Assembly: GCA_028534125.1 (NCBI GenBank)
Contig: CM052816.1
Location: forward strand, 17,548,001-17,612,000
Reading direction: 5' to 3'
Source: Lama glama
Taxonomy: Eukaryota
DNA: 64,000 nt
Every line of letters begins with the position of its first letter. Position 1 is the first letter of the stretch. Positions 50,131 to 62,480 of this stretch are shown here, one piece after another. The notes below the pieces were generated by a model that saw nothing but the letters and a program-made list of their open reading frames with translations, was not told the origin of the DNA and ran no database searches. The position numbers were made by a program, and so were the translations under genes.

Positions 50131-50734
50131 GATAATGACCAGCTTAAGGGGAACTACAGGCAGGGGCCAGAGAGGGTTGTCAGGAGTTCAGATGGCCTTG
50201 GTGTCAGGGTGATGACACCCTGCACCTGTGCAGTGATGGAGGGTGCATCTACCCTGGTGTTCAAAGTTCCTTTTTCTTGAAACAGTCCAGGATCAAGAGC
50301 TCCTTCAGCAACACCAGCTGGAGATCGTGGGTCACTGAATGGTCCATCTTCTTCTGTGTGTTTTAACCACGTGTTTGTTTTCCCTTTAGAGCAGTCAGTA
50401 GTTTGTGAGGAGTGTCCACACTGTGCTGCAGAGACCATGGCCCTTATGAATGTCCTGGTACCTCCCACCTGAAGGATGGGACATGGAGGGAGTCAGGAGC
50501 AGTCCTGTGCTTCATGCATCACACCTGAACTGGGCCCCATGACAGATCTGGGGTTTGCGGGTTGGAAGGTGGCGTCCTCGGGTTGGGAGCACACACTTGG
50601 GGCTTGTTGATTTGCTGTGGGTCAGGCACAGTCCTGTCCTCAGGGTTCTTCTCCACAGTCCATGGTGAACCTGGGCCTCTCCGTGCACTCCCCCTCCTAA
50701 CCAGCCCCCATCCTCTCCCTCCTCATGTCAGTCA

Positions 50735-51290
50735 GGGCTCTGTTGGGAGACACAATTCTGACTTGAAATTGATTGGGGGGAAAAAAAAAGAAAGGAAGAA
50801 AGAAAGACCATTAAGACAAAACCAAGAATTCAGGAGGAGTTCTGGCTTGAGATTCAGCTTGATGACAGCTCATAGGTGTCATCAGGGCCTGGTTTCCCAC
50901 CTTCCACCTCCCAGCTCTGTTCTCTAGCTCTTTTCTCTGGTGTGCATTGGTCTGTTCTCAGGTGCGCTGTGTCCTCATGGGCTGAGTTGGCAGCAGCAGC
51001 TCCAGGCTTCCAGGCTCTTACAGCTACGTAGGATAGAAAATGTCTTCCAGCCATCCTGGCACACATCTTGTTGCATTTCAGTGGCTATGATTGTATCACG
51101 TGCCCATCCCCATGGCCAGAAATGTGCAGTTGAAGGGCTGAGGTTTGGGTCACATGCTCTGTCCTTAGCTGGGGTCGAGTCTGGCCCAAAGCCAGGAACT
51201 AAGTGTGGGGGAGAGTTGATTCTCCAGAGGAACCCAAACAGGAGGAGGTGGATCCTGTTGGCCACGATGTAAAAACCATTCACTGGACTT
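50735..51290 (-). mobile_element. MLT1 (J/K-like) MaLR LTR
   Basis: 'ttcaggagg..ctggcttgag..cagcttgat', 'ttctcagg', 'ggcagcagcagctccaggctt', 'tcacgtgcccatccc' and 'tgggtcacatgctc'. Confidence 0.75.
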
Positions 51291-51464
51291 GCTGTCCTGC
51301 TGGGTCTCTTCGGTCCCTGGTCACTGGCCATACCAGGGGTTATGTGTGCTGCTGGAGGAGGGCCTGTGTGTGCACTCGTGACTATATTCCAGAAGTAGGT
51401 ATGTGGTGGTACCCTGGCCATCTGCTTACACTGACATGACAATTCACACTGAATAAAATCAGTA

Positions 51465-51700
51465 GTGATGGTCACAGCTGCCATCTGCTGAGTCCCTGCC
51501 ATGTGACAGTACGGCTAGACACTGTGATGTGCATTCTCTGACTTCATCTTTGAAATAACACTCTAAAGGGGTATAGCCCCAATTTACAGATGGAGAAGCA
51601 GACTCTGGGTGATGAAATGCCTTGAAAAGTCTTGTAGTTACTTTGGTTAATTAGTGGAGAGGCTGCAGTGAGAAGTTATTCTAGTCTAGTGGCCAGTACT
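51465..51700 (-). mobile_element. MIR SINE
   Basis: 'agctgccatctgctgagt.cctgccatgtg...ccccaatttacagatggagaa'. Confidence 0.75.
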
Positions 51701-51981
51701 CCCTCCCAAATCACTCACCTCGTCCTGTAGACATACTGATTTGAAAGATAGTCGGATATTTATTAATATTTCTTGCTAGACAAAAAGAAACCAGGAAGCA
51801 TCTTCCTTCTGAAGGGCCAGAATTCTGCACAGTTGTCAGCGGGGTACCCCGTGTGCACACGCACACGCGGGTACCCCACGTGCATACAGTTGAGTGTACC
51901 CGTGCGTGTCAGCCTGCTGTTGTAAGAATGGAGAGCTGAACCGTTGGCCTTCGTTGGACTGATGCTTCTTCTCTGCCTTCA

Positions 51982-52033
51982 GCTGACTGTTGCTGAAGCT
52001 GGTGTGGCTGACTGTTGCTGACGCTGGTGTGGC
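51982..52033. repeat. 25-bp tandem duplication
   Basis: gctgactgttgctgaAgctggtgtg / gctgactgttgctgaCgctggtgtg (one mismatch). Confidence 0.9.
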
Positions 52034-52859
52034 ATCTCTTCACCTTTACCTTGAGCTGCTAGATGCCTGTGGTCAGAACATCCAGACAGAGGTGGAGGGT
52101 GCTGGCCTGCCTGAGACCACATAGGTCTCAGTATACTTAGGATTTTCATGTACATGATACAAAAAGGGAAGACACTACAAAAGCTTCCAGGTAAGTAAGA
52201 ATACCCAGAAGGCAGAGTGACGAAGCAAAGTTGGAAGTATGATTTGAAGAACTGCAGTGAAAATGAGTTCTGTCCCATGGATTTCTTAGCCGTGGTGTGA
52301 TCTGAACTACAGACGAGATAACTTTAGGATTGACACTCAAGGCTTTCTCTCTTGTCACAGTCTATAGCTCTGCAAACATGCTTGTGTTCCCCCCAGATGG
52401 AGCTGTTTCTTGCTCCCCAGAAAGACCCTATACTTTTCTACTTCCTTCTTGAAATATGGAACTTGTGGAGCTTGTGCCTGGAATAGATTTTTGCAGAAAG
52501 TCGATGCTCACTAATTATTTAGGCATTTTTAGTTAATTCAGAGGGTACCAATTGAGCCCTTTCTATGTTCCATATACTGTTCTAGGTGTATGAGCAAAGC
52601 AGGTGCTGTCCCTGGTCCTTGTCCTTGGGGAGTCTCATTGTGATCCATTGAGTGAATCGATCACGCTGAAGGCTCCACTGGGCTTCCAGCCTGGACACCT
52701 GCCCTGGGAGCCCTTCCTGGAGGAACTTGTACTTGAAGCCCTCTCTGCCTTCAGTTCTGGGGAGGAAAACGTTCATTCTTCTGGCTGTCCTTTTGTTAAT
52801 GACTTCAGACAGAGAGCCAGGGGAAGTATTTCCTCTTCTCAGAGTGGAATGTATTTTGT

Positions 52860-53300
52860 AGGTTCTTATTCTAAGGCTCCTTTGGATGTAAGTCATACAA
52901 ACTCAGGATAGTTTAAGTCAAAACTAGGAATAAAGTAGCAGTTTGCACAACCTGAGAGCTGACCTCACAGGAACTGTCACCAGGACCCAGCGAACTGTTG
53001 GAGACTGAGAAGCTCTCACTTGCTCACATCTGTGGTCTCTGCATTCCCGTGCTGTCTCCTGAGCCTGATTTGATCGGCTTCACCATGTGCTTGGGGCACA
53101 TGGCTGGCCCAGAGCTCTGGAACATATAGATCCATGTTTCAAAGGACCAGTGGAGAGCATCGTATTGCAAAACCTGGTTCTAATGTCAAGAGAGAGGATA
53201 ATTTGGTCAGAGTTTTTCCCACAGCCCCTGCAGCTGTGGTCTGAGAGGGCATGTGGGGACCTGTATTGCAAACCAGGCTGTAGGGCCCATCCCTGTGATA
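52860..53300 (-). mobile_element. Possible old MLT1 LTR
   Basis: 'aggctcctttggatgtaagtcatacaaactcagg.tagtttaag..aaaa' resembles the MLT1J/K/L terminus. Confidence 0.4.
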
Positions 53301-54239
53301 GGTGACGGGCACTTCTTAGAAAAACGATGGCAGGCTGAGGGTTCTACGCTCAAGGTTTTCTGCCTGGGCCTGGTCAAGGAAGCATACTGTTTGCTTGAGT
53401 TTAGCATACTTCACATCAGCAAATGGTAGGAAGGATCTCAGCTGACCCTTATCCTCAATTGTAGCACCTGTGATGGAGAAACTCCTGTGTTAGCATGGTA
53501 CAAAGTATTTCTTGTTTGAGAAAATTCTGTATCAGCAAAGTACCTCGAGGTCCAGCGTATGATATTAATTCTGGAGGATAGGAAATCATTAGTTGGGGCC
53601 AGTAAATCCTCTGTTACAGTAAGACTGTGTATTCCAACAAAATAAAGAGTCCTTCTCATGGGGAAACAAAGCATTTGTACAAATAGACTGTGTTCTCGGT
53701 TGGGGATGGGCACCTCAGGACTCACGCTTGCTAATGTCATTCCAGCTCCTCTCGTCCATATTTAATTGAATTGAACACACTGAAATTTGTTCCAGCGTAT
53801 TAACAGGGAGCCAGTGAAGGCGTGTGTAAGATGTCACTTAATTAATGTTTGCTTTCCCTGTTGCCGACCCCCTTCTGGGAGCACACACTGTGGACCCACG
53901 GAGGGGAGAGGGATGTGCTTGCTTGAAGAGAGAGGCCTTAACTCTTTCAAGCCCCTGAGTTTCAGTAACAGGCAGAGAATTGAGAATGTACTCAATTGAT
54001 GGGGCCCGAAGTGATATCTTCTCAAACATTGCTATTAACTCTTCTAGCTCTGTGCACTGGGCTGACTACTTCATACATACATTATTGAATAAATTAATTT
54101 CTTAATTATGAGAGTAGTACATGTTCATGATCAAAATTTGGAGCATACAGAAAGTGTAAAGGTGATTAAAATCTAATGCTTTATCTATAATAGAATCTAA
54201 TTATATAGAAACTAATCACTCTAAACATGTTGGTTTATC

Positions 54240-54805
54240 TTTTTTATTGAAATATAGTTGATTTACAACATTATATTAGCTTCAGGTATACAGCATAGTG
54301 ACTCAGCACTTTTATAGATTATGCTCCCTTTAAAGATACTACAAAATAATGGCTATATTCCCCTGTGCTGGACAATATATCCTTGCTGTTTACCTATTTT
54401 ATGCATTGTAGTTTGTATCTCTTAATCCCATGTCCCTGTCTTGCCCCTCCCCCTTCCCTCTCTCCACTGGTGTACACTAGTTTGTTTTTTATATTTGTGA
54501 GTCTTTTTCTGTTTTGTATTTTATACATATATATATGTATATTTGTTTTATTTTTTACATTTCACATAGAAATGATAACATACTTTGTATGTTCATTTCA
54601 CTAGGCATAATACTCTCTAGGTCCATCCACATTATTGCAAATGGCAGCATTGGCTCTTTTTATGACTGAGTAGTATTCCATTACATACACCACATCTTCT
54701 TTATCTAATCATCTGTTGATGGATACTTGGGTTGCTTCCATGTCTTGGCTGTTGTACATAATGCTACTGTGAACAATGGGGTGTGTATATCTTTTCAAAT
54801 CAGTA
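54240..54805 (-). mobile_element. L1 3' end nested in an older L1ME fragment (~54095-54240, ~54840-54935)
   Basis: 'ttttattgaaatatagttgatttacaa...cagcatagtgactcag...tactctctaggtccatccac.ttattgcaaatggcag...gggttgcttccatgtcttggct'. Confidence 0.92.
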
Positions 54806-54954
54806 AATTTCTTTCTCTTATTTCTCTTATGCCCTTGTATGTGTCAATATGTATTTTTAGTAGATTACTGTACAATTTGATGGCAGTATTCTATTTTATT
54901 TTGTTTTTGTTTTTTACTTATGTTCTATATCTTTAACTCCTCAATGAATGCACT

Positions 54955-55225
54955 TTCTAATTTTATTGAGGTCTAATTTAATATCATAACATTAGCTCAT
55001 TTTAAGTACACAGTTCAATGAATTTTAGTAAAATTTTGGAGTTGTGCAACCATCACCACAATCTAGTTTGAGAACATTTCCATCAGCCTCCTAAATCCCC
55101 CAAGTTCCCACTGCCATCCCCGGTCTCTCCATCTCTATAAATGGGCCTTCTGGGGACATGCCACATAATGGACTCATCCCATATGCAGTCTTTTGCATCT
55201 GGCTTCTTTCCCTGAGCGTGATGAT
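54955..55225 (-). mobile_element. L1MB-like 3' end
   Basis: 'ttttattgagg..taatt...ttttaagtacacagttcaatgaattttagta...gttgtgcaaccatcaccacaatcta.tt.gaacatttccatca'. Confidence 0.85.
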
Positions 55226-57074
55226 GGCTTCCCTGTCACTGAGGAGGGTTCCTTCAGAGGCAGCCCTGGAGTGCCAGCAGTCTTTGCTTTAAGTGGGCAG
55301 TGCAATCTGAATGGTGGGGTCTTCTCTCTATTCAGAGAAAGACAGGGCAGCCAAGGTTTCTTTCTTCAGGATCTGGTTGGATTCCTGCCTAAGTGCCAAG
55401 AGAGCAGTGATTACAAATGTTAACATGATTGTGCAGAGAAAATGAGGTGTCTGTGTCATCATTCTGTTGACCTCAACAGGGGACCTCATCTTCGGGCCAG
55501 GGTTATTGCTTCATTCTGAACCAAATGCTGCGTTACAGCTATTGATTTTCACCATGTAGGTTATCTTTGAAACCAGAAGGGCCAGAAAAGCCTTGTCTGC
55601 TTTGGAGAGGATGGGGAGCGACAGGGCAAGAAGCACAGGGACCTGGTTCCATGACAGAAATCTTCCCATGTGCCTGGAATTTAGACAGTTTGCTCTCTCT
55701 TTGCCCTCAGCTAATTGGAGTGACCTTTCTCCAAGCAATTCCTTTCTTATGTAGAGCTTAAAGGACTCCCCCCTCAAATCTTGCTGGAATGTTTACAGCC
55801 TGTCTGCTTTTAGAGAAGTGGAAACGATGTCACTTCTTTTGGCTGGATCCTTGTTGATGCATTCTAAAGAGGGAAGCTTTTTAAAAGTCACCTCTTCTAT
55901 TTATCTCAGCAGAGAAGAAAGTTGTTTGGATGTTCATACAGTTTATCTTTTTTGAGTCGAAATTATGTATCTACATTATTTTGAGGCAAGTCTATCTCAC
56001 CGAATCCATGTACTCTTCTAAAGGAAGTAAGTTTGCATGACTCACAGTGTAAGAGCCACGTAGACGTGGGGAGAGAGTGAGGTAGGGGAGGAGGGAGGGC
56101 TTCCCTGGCACAGACCGCTGGAGAGTGAGGCTCTGCTCTGCTCTAAAGGGGCCTCTTCTAAACTCCCCAGTCAGGATAGAAACTACCCAATGTGCTTTCA
56201 TTTAATAGTGATGCTTTGGATGTGATGTTTATATATCCTCCCACTCCTGATTTCTTTCCTTTCCTTTTTTTTTTTTATTAAATAGTAGAGGCCATTGGGA
56301 TTCATCTCCCAACAAACAGATGCATCTGTTGAGAAGATATCACACTTACATTTAGTGTTCATGGAAATCTTTGTATATTTATAGATATACATGTACATGC
56401 CAGCTCTCCTCCAAAAGCAGGTTCTCGGCTTTGACCGGATTGCAGTTACTGTTTGTTTCCAGGAACTTGTGCTCCTGGCATTCCACATATCTCTGCCAAA
56501 TACCAGTGCTTGAGCACTTGAATTATGAAGGATCTCTTACTCTTTTGGCCTGCAAATAAGATTTTCTCACTTGTGCCTTGAGATCCTATGTGTTTCCTTT
56601 GTCAGAGCATCCTCAGGCCTGCACTTAACAGGAAGGCCAGAGAGGATGCCTGTGAAGGAGACTTGCTGTCTGGGGTTGGTGGTGGCCAGTGGTGGCCTCC
56701 ATGAAATTCTGTGTGGGGCCTTCGGGGACTGGGGAGGGCTCTGCTGGCCCAGTGCCTTCTGTGACCCCCTCACCGTCTCCCTTTGTTCGCACCCAGCTCT
56801 CTTCCCATCCCTCCTGAGGTGTTTTCCTTTTCCTCTGGACTATTGCATTTACCATGTCACTCCTTTGCCCCAAAGGCCTTTCCCTATAGAATCCAGACCT
56901 AGCTCTTGTACTTAACATTCCAAAGCCCCCCATTGTTAGCCTTGACATATATTTCCAACTTTTTATTCCCTTTATGCAAGGTTCTTCCAAGTTACTGTCC
57001 TACAGACACGACTGGGTGCCATCAGGCCCTTTTCCCTGGTGAGCTTCCATTTAGCTGGGTGGTATCGGATGATA

Positions 57075-57210
57075 TCTTTAATGTGTGTCAGAATCACCTG
57101 GGGTTGTGATGAAATGGACAGATGCCCAGAGCTTAAGCTACCCAGATCTGTGCCGTTAACCAGCGCCTCCAGTGATCATGCCTGCAGGGGTAGGGCCACA
57201 CTTCAGTTAC
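57075..57210 (+). mobile_element. Possible MER5-type hAT fragment
   Basis: 'tgtgtcagaatcacctgggg...cagatgccca...ttaac.agc.cctcc.gtgat...ccacacttc'. Confidence 0.5.
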
Positions 57211-57639
57211 TTCAACTATTGATGAGTCAAGTCTGCACCCGTCTTAGGGCCTCTCCAAAGTCCTGTTTCCCTGGGAAGCCTCGCCTGCTCCCTCTTGCAC
57301 TCTCTTGGCTTCGTTGTTGGTGATGCTCACTTTGTACTTAGCATATTCTGCCTTGGACCATGATTTCAATATTTGTCTTCTGTGTATTTTTACACCAGTT
57401 ATGCATATCTAAAAGAACCACCTGATATTTGCATGGCAGTTTAGAGTCTAGAAACACTGCTGTGTGTGTGACTTAGCTCCTACAGCGCAGGGGGCTTACT
57501 CTTCTGCATGGGTCTCAGCACCATCACCTCCTCCCACTGGGCAGCCTGCAGCGGCTGAGAAGAACCCTCGGGTTGGCTGGCCATTTGCTGCAGCAAGCAG
57601 ATAGGGTTTATGGAGATAAGCAGTGTCATTCTTTCGGAT

Positions 57640-58110
57640 GTTCAGTGAGTCTTTACTGAGACTGGTTTTGTGCTGGGCACTCTCCTGGGTGTAGGTGGCA
57701 GGTGAAATTGAGTCCTCTGTTGGGGAGCCTTGGCAGAAAAATGATGAATTGTGTTATCTGCTGTGAGGAACCAGACAGAGCTGAGATAGTGAATACCCAG
57801 AGGGAAGACCTCTCCCAGGAGGGGACCTGGAAGGACCTGGAAGTCTAAAGGTCAGGGGGACTGTGCTGTGGAGAGGGGAAGAGTGTTGCAGACACAGAAG
57901 AGCAAAGGCGGGAGCAAGGTGAGGTTGGAGGAGAAGCCAGGGCTGTGGGCCCTGGTGAGCCCAGGGAGGGAGCAGGGGCCGGGGTGAGCCCCTGGGGCCT
58001 ACAGGTTGTGCCCAGGAATTTCCATAACCAGCTACTGGTGGATATGACCTTTCAAGCAGGGGAGCGATATGATCTGAGTTTTGTGAAACTCAAATATTAA
58101 CAAAAGGGTG
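57640..58110 (-). mobile_element. L2 fragments
   Basis: 'tttactgagac..tgtgctgggcact', 'agtgttgcagacacagaagagcaaaggc' and 'aagcaggggagcgatatgatctga'. Confidence 0.65.
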
Positions 58111-58539
58111 CTTTGTCGGCAGGGAAGGCGAATCAGAGGAGGAGCCTGCTGGTCCATGTCTGACTGGCATGTGGCTGAGGGGTGTTTCTGAAATCGAGTC
58201 CTCTCTGCGTGGCTGCCCGTCAAAACCTGGCTGTGGGACTGCGTGCCCTGAAAATGAGCTAGAACCCCTTGGCAGGTCCTCCACTGCAGGGATTCAGAAG
58301 ACCCTGAGGCTGAAAGACAGTCTTTGGATCCCCTTATTCCACTTCCTCTTTTGCTAGATGACAAGGTTAGCTCCAGAGAGGGGAAGTGACTCCTCCAGGA
58401 CCTGCAGCTACAGCCCTGCCACTCACATAGCTGTTCTCAGAGGAATAAACTGCCCCTTAGCCATGTAGACAAAATGATATGAAGATGATCCCAGGGCTGA
58501 GTGAGGAGCAGGCCTCTTCTGAACCCCTTGGCCATCATG

Positions 58540-58765
58540 GTGGATCCCCAGAAGACCAGAGCTTGGCCATCAGACAGATGAGGAATTTGAGTCCTGGCTC
58601 TACCACCATTTGTTAGTTCTATGACTTTGGGCAATTCATTGAACATCTCTGGCCCTCAGCTGTGGAGTAGGAGTACTAATGCCTACCATGCAGAGATGTA
58701 GGGTGGATTAAATGGTAGAACATGCGTAATACTTATCGCAGTGCGTATGGTGCTCGATGAATGGA
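58540..58765 (+). mobile_element. MIR SINE
   Basis: 'tttgagtcctggctctaccac..ttgttagt.ctatgactttgggcaattcattgaacatctctg.cctcag'. Confidence 0.85.
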
Positions 58766-60125
58766 TTGGTGCCAATACATGTGGCTGACTAATGATTAAC
58801 ATGTGACTCCCTTAGATGAAGGCTGTAATTATCAGGGTGAATATAGGCCTGGGCAGGTCTCTGCAAAAATTCACAGAACCCTTTCTTGGCAAATAGAAGG
58901 GGTTGGGCAGAGTCCATTAGTGGATGGTGAGTTCTGCAGTCCTCCTGTCTCCACCTGTGCCTCCATGGCCTGGGCCTGGCCAGCGGTAATTCCTCAACTC
59001 GTGTTTATTGAAGTGTTACATAGATGAATATTTTTACTATCAAGAACTTCCAACAGGTTACATAACCAAGTATTAGCCCTGCATTTACATTTATTTCTTA
59101 CTTCTCCTTCTAGCTTTCCATGTGGTTTTTCATAGTGTGGCTGATGGTAGGCTTAGAGCAGGTTCATGTCTTGAGATCTAAGAGATAGGTGGCTTTGAAA
59201 TAAGTGCCGATGTATTTCATGAGTAAGTTCACCTGGCTTTATCCTGATCTACCTACAGAGGTAGTGTCAGTTTGCATTTTAGTTGAAGCTGGTGGAAGGG
59301 GCTGGGAAATGTTAGGAGCACTGTAGCCCTGCAGCTCTCATCTTAAAAGTTGCTCACAGTTGGAAATTGCAGTTACCGTTGACATTGCCACAATGTCTGG
59401 GACCTTTGATTCAGCCAGCCAAAGTTACTGAGCAGAGAGATGCGGCAGGAACATAAATATTAAGAATTGGTCCCATAGGTCATCTCTTAGCTTCTGTGCT
59501 TTGGGGAGCTCATCGTGATGAAAGAACTCATTTTCAGAAGCAGTGGCCTGGTGGGAGACCTGGCAGGGCAGAAGTGAGGTCCCAGGTCTGCTTTCTATGC
59601 AATGTGTAATCATGACTGATCTGACTCCAGCCTGATGACAGATGAATCCCCCCTAAGCCTAGCTGGAGGGCCAGGGAGGGGAGTCTGTCTTCTAAGTGGG
59701 AGAGAGAAACAGAAGCTGCAAAGAAGGTTCTGACCCAACCATGCCTTGGCCTTCTACTGCTTGTTCAGACTCATCCAGATCCTTCTGCAGACTCAGGAAG
59801 ATGGGGAGACCTGTGGGAGATACGCTGAGTGAGCCACAGAGAGACTTTGTCCTCAAAGGGAAGTGCTGGGTGAGAGGAGCTAACAGAACAACAGTAACCT
59901 GAAAAGGTCCTGCAGTGGCATCACTTTCCTGGGTCCCCCTCATCTATCCCTCTCTTCCAGTCACTTCCCATTTCATTTTCAAAGCAACATGTCTTCAGGT
60001 TGGACATTTACTTAAAGTTTTAGTTTTAAAAACTGGTCTGTTGGATGCTTCTTGTCTAAACAACCCATAGAAAAGCTTCACTGTTAACAAAGCCATCAGT
60101 TGGACTTCTGTGGTACTTGGCATCC

Positions 60126-61118
60126 GTATTAGCCAGGGTTCTCCAGAGAAACAGGACCAGTAGGATGGAGAGAGTTACGTCCAAGCAACATGCAGCAATC
60201 GCTTATCTGACTCGAGTCTGATGACAGGTAATTCCCCCACTGAGCCTAGGGAAGGCTAATGGGAGAGCCAGGGGAGTAAATATAAATATAAAAATAAATA
60301 AAATAAGAACTGGCTTTTGCAATTATGGAGGCTGGGAAGTCCCCACATCTGCCACTGGTGAGCTGGAGACCCAGGGGAGCCAATGGTGTAGTTCAAGTTC
60401 AAGTCTGAAGACCTCAGAACCAATGATGTTAGCTCCAGTCCACAAACTGGCAGGCTTGAGATCTAGAGGGAATCAGTTTTTCCATTTAGATACTAAGGCG
60501 GGACAAGACCCATGGCCCAGCTCATTTAGGCAGAAGGAGTTTCATCTTATTCAGACTTTTGTTCTATTCATTTTTTTCTCATTATTTATTGAGAAATGTT
60601 TTTATTGACATATAGTTGATACACAACATTATATAAGTTACAGGTATACAATATAGTGATTTACAATTTTAAAGATTATATTTCATTTAGAATTATAATG
60701 CATTTGCTATATTCCCTGTGTTGTATAATATATCCTTATAGCTTATTTTATATGTAATAGTTTTTACCTTTTAACCTCTTACCCTTATATTTCCCTTCCC
60801 CCTTCCCTCTCCACAAACTAGTGTTTACTAGTTTGTTCTTTATATCTGTAAACCTACTTCTTTTTTTTTTTTTTTGAATGGAGGTGTTTTGGGGTTTTTT
60901 TTTTTTTTGATTTGTTTTTGTTTTTGTTTTTTGTTTTCTATTCATCTCTTGAGTTGATTAGATGAAGCCCAGCCAGGTTAGGGAGGGCAACATGCTCACT
61001 GATTCAAATACTCATTTCCTCCAGAAACCCCCTTACAGACAAACCGAGAATAATGTTAGGCCGAATGCCTGGGTGCTTCATGACTCAGTCAGGTTGACAC
61101 ACACGAGTAACTGTCACA
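60126..61118 (-). mobile_element. MLT2 ERVL solo LTR, interrupted by insertions
   Basis: Terminus 'gtattagccagggttctccagagaaacag', then 'attatggaggctg.gaagtccc..atctgcc...agctggagacccagg', resuming at 'tgattagatga.gccca..gggagggcaa...ccagaaac..cacagaca' and ending 'aactgtcaca'. Confidence 0.9.
60571..60935 (-). mobile_element. 5'-truncated L1 inserted in the MLT2, 9-bp TSD
   Basis: L1 3' UTR 'tttattgacatatagttgat..acaacattatataagtt.caggtatacaa.atagtgatt'; TSD ttctattca at 60562-60570 and 60936-60944. Confidence 0.9.
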
Positions 61119-61249
61119 GCATCCCAAGTTTGGTGTGGGGGAAGCCTGCCAGATTCAGGACCATTTATGACTTCATTTTCTCATTTCCAGTTCCCACAGG
61201 ACTTTCAGGTAGTAGAACCATTGTTTAAAAAACAGAATCATAGGGTGTA

Positions 61250-61490
61250 TGGAGATGTGGTTTAGAGGTAGTAATGCAGAAGGCTTGGGTTGGTGGTGCA
61301 GCTCTGCCGTGGACTGACTTACTGTGTGATGCTGGCCAGTCTCCTAGGCTCGCTGAGCTTCAGTTATGTAAGCTGGAACATGTAAATGATAATAGCACTT
61401 GCTCCTTAGTGTTGTTCTGGGGAGTAAATAAACCGAGACATGAAAGCACTTAGCATCGCGCCTTGGTCTGCGGCATGCTGGCTGCTGTTA
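61250..61490 (+). mobile_element. MIR SINE
   Basis: 'cagctctgcc...ctgtgtgat..tggccagt...ctgagcttcagtt...aaagcacttagca'. Confidence 0.75.
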
Positions 61491-62329
61491 CAGCTGTTTC
61501 TGCCGGCAGGAGGAGGGTCATGACTAGGGTCGGTATTTAAGAAGTAAATGCTGTGGGCCTGGTGCCGTGTTAAGTGCTTTCTGGGTGAGAACTCCCTGTG
61601 GCCTCTTGGTTCAGGTCTTAGTGTACGATCTGTTCTCTTCCCTGCAGGCCACTTGGATTGTTTCTCCTTTTCTGGTATTTTCCTTTTGTTATTTAAACAG
61701 GAAGAGATTTATTTCTTTGGGGAGGGGATCAGCCATCCTTTGGATGGCCTTGCCGACTGTCATTGTTGCGAGGCGCACCCTCGTGCTGCCATCCTCCTCT
61801 CCAGAGTGCAGAGGAAGATGGGGGTTTGGGGGCAAGCGCCCTGATGGGGACATGGCCCAGGGACGCCAGCACCTTTGCCATCCAGTTGGATAGGATTTAC
61901 AGATTCTCTAAAATCACCATGCTGTCCTTCAAGTGGGTTCCTGGAAGGCACATACTCACTGGTCAGTCCAATCACCTTTCACAATTGGTTCCCCAATTAT
62001 CTGCCAAGAGTAGTTCAGCCATCAGTTGGCTGTCAGGCAGCAGAAAAGGCTGTGATGAGCTGCTGCTGTTTTCACCTTAAGTGGCATCACAGATGGGCAT
62101 GGACAATGGACGGTTAATTCTAAGGTGAGATCTTAATCTCGGGGGTCTCTGCAGGAATAATACATTCATGTTCTTTTTTCTTGCCAAGACATTTTCCTGC
62201 TGTTTCTTTAGTTAGAGAATATGGATTATTTCCTGAGTTATGAAGACCCACTCTAGAAAAGGCAGGTGGGCATACCTTCCCAGCAGTCATGAAGCTAGCC
62301 AACCCTGTGTGTGGGTGGCCAGATTTCTC

Positions 62330-62480
62330 CACTCTGATAGCATAGTACATTTTCTTCACAGCATCTCTGGCAATTATGCATTTTTTATTATTCCCCACCT
62401 TACAGATGAGGACTTCGAGGCACAGCCTTGTTATTTGCTTGGCTCAAGGTTACACAGCTTGTATATAAAATTAAGGGTTA
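62330..62480 (-). mobile_element. MIR SINE fragment
   Basis: 'ttattattccccaccttacagatgaggac..gaggcacag...aaggttacacagct'. Confidence 0.8.

Noticed and set aside
50975..51502. 175-aa minus-strand ORF
   Set aside because: Largely overlaps an MLT1 LTR and a MIR; no recognisable protein family
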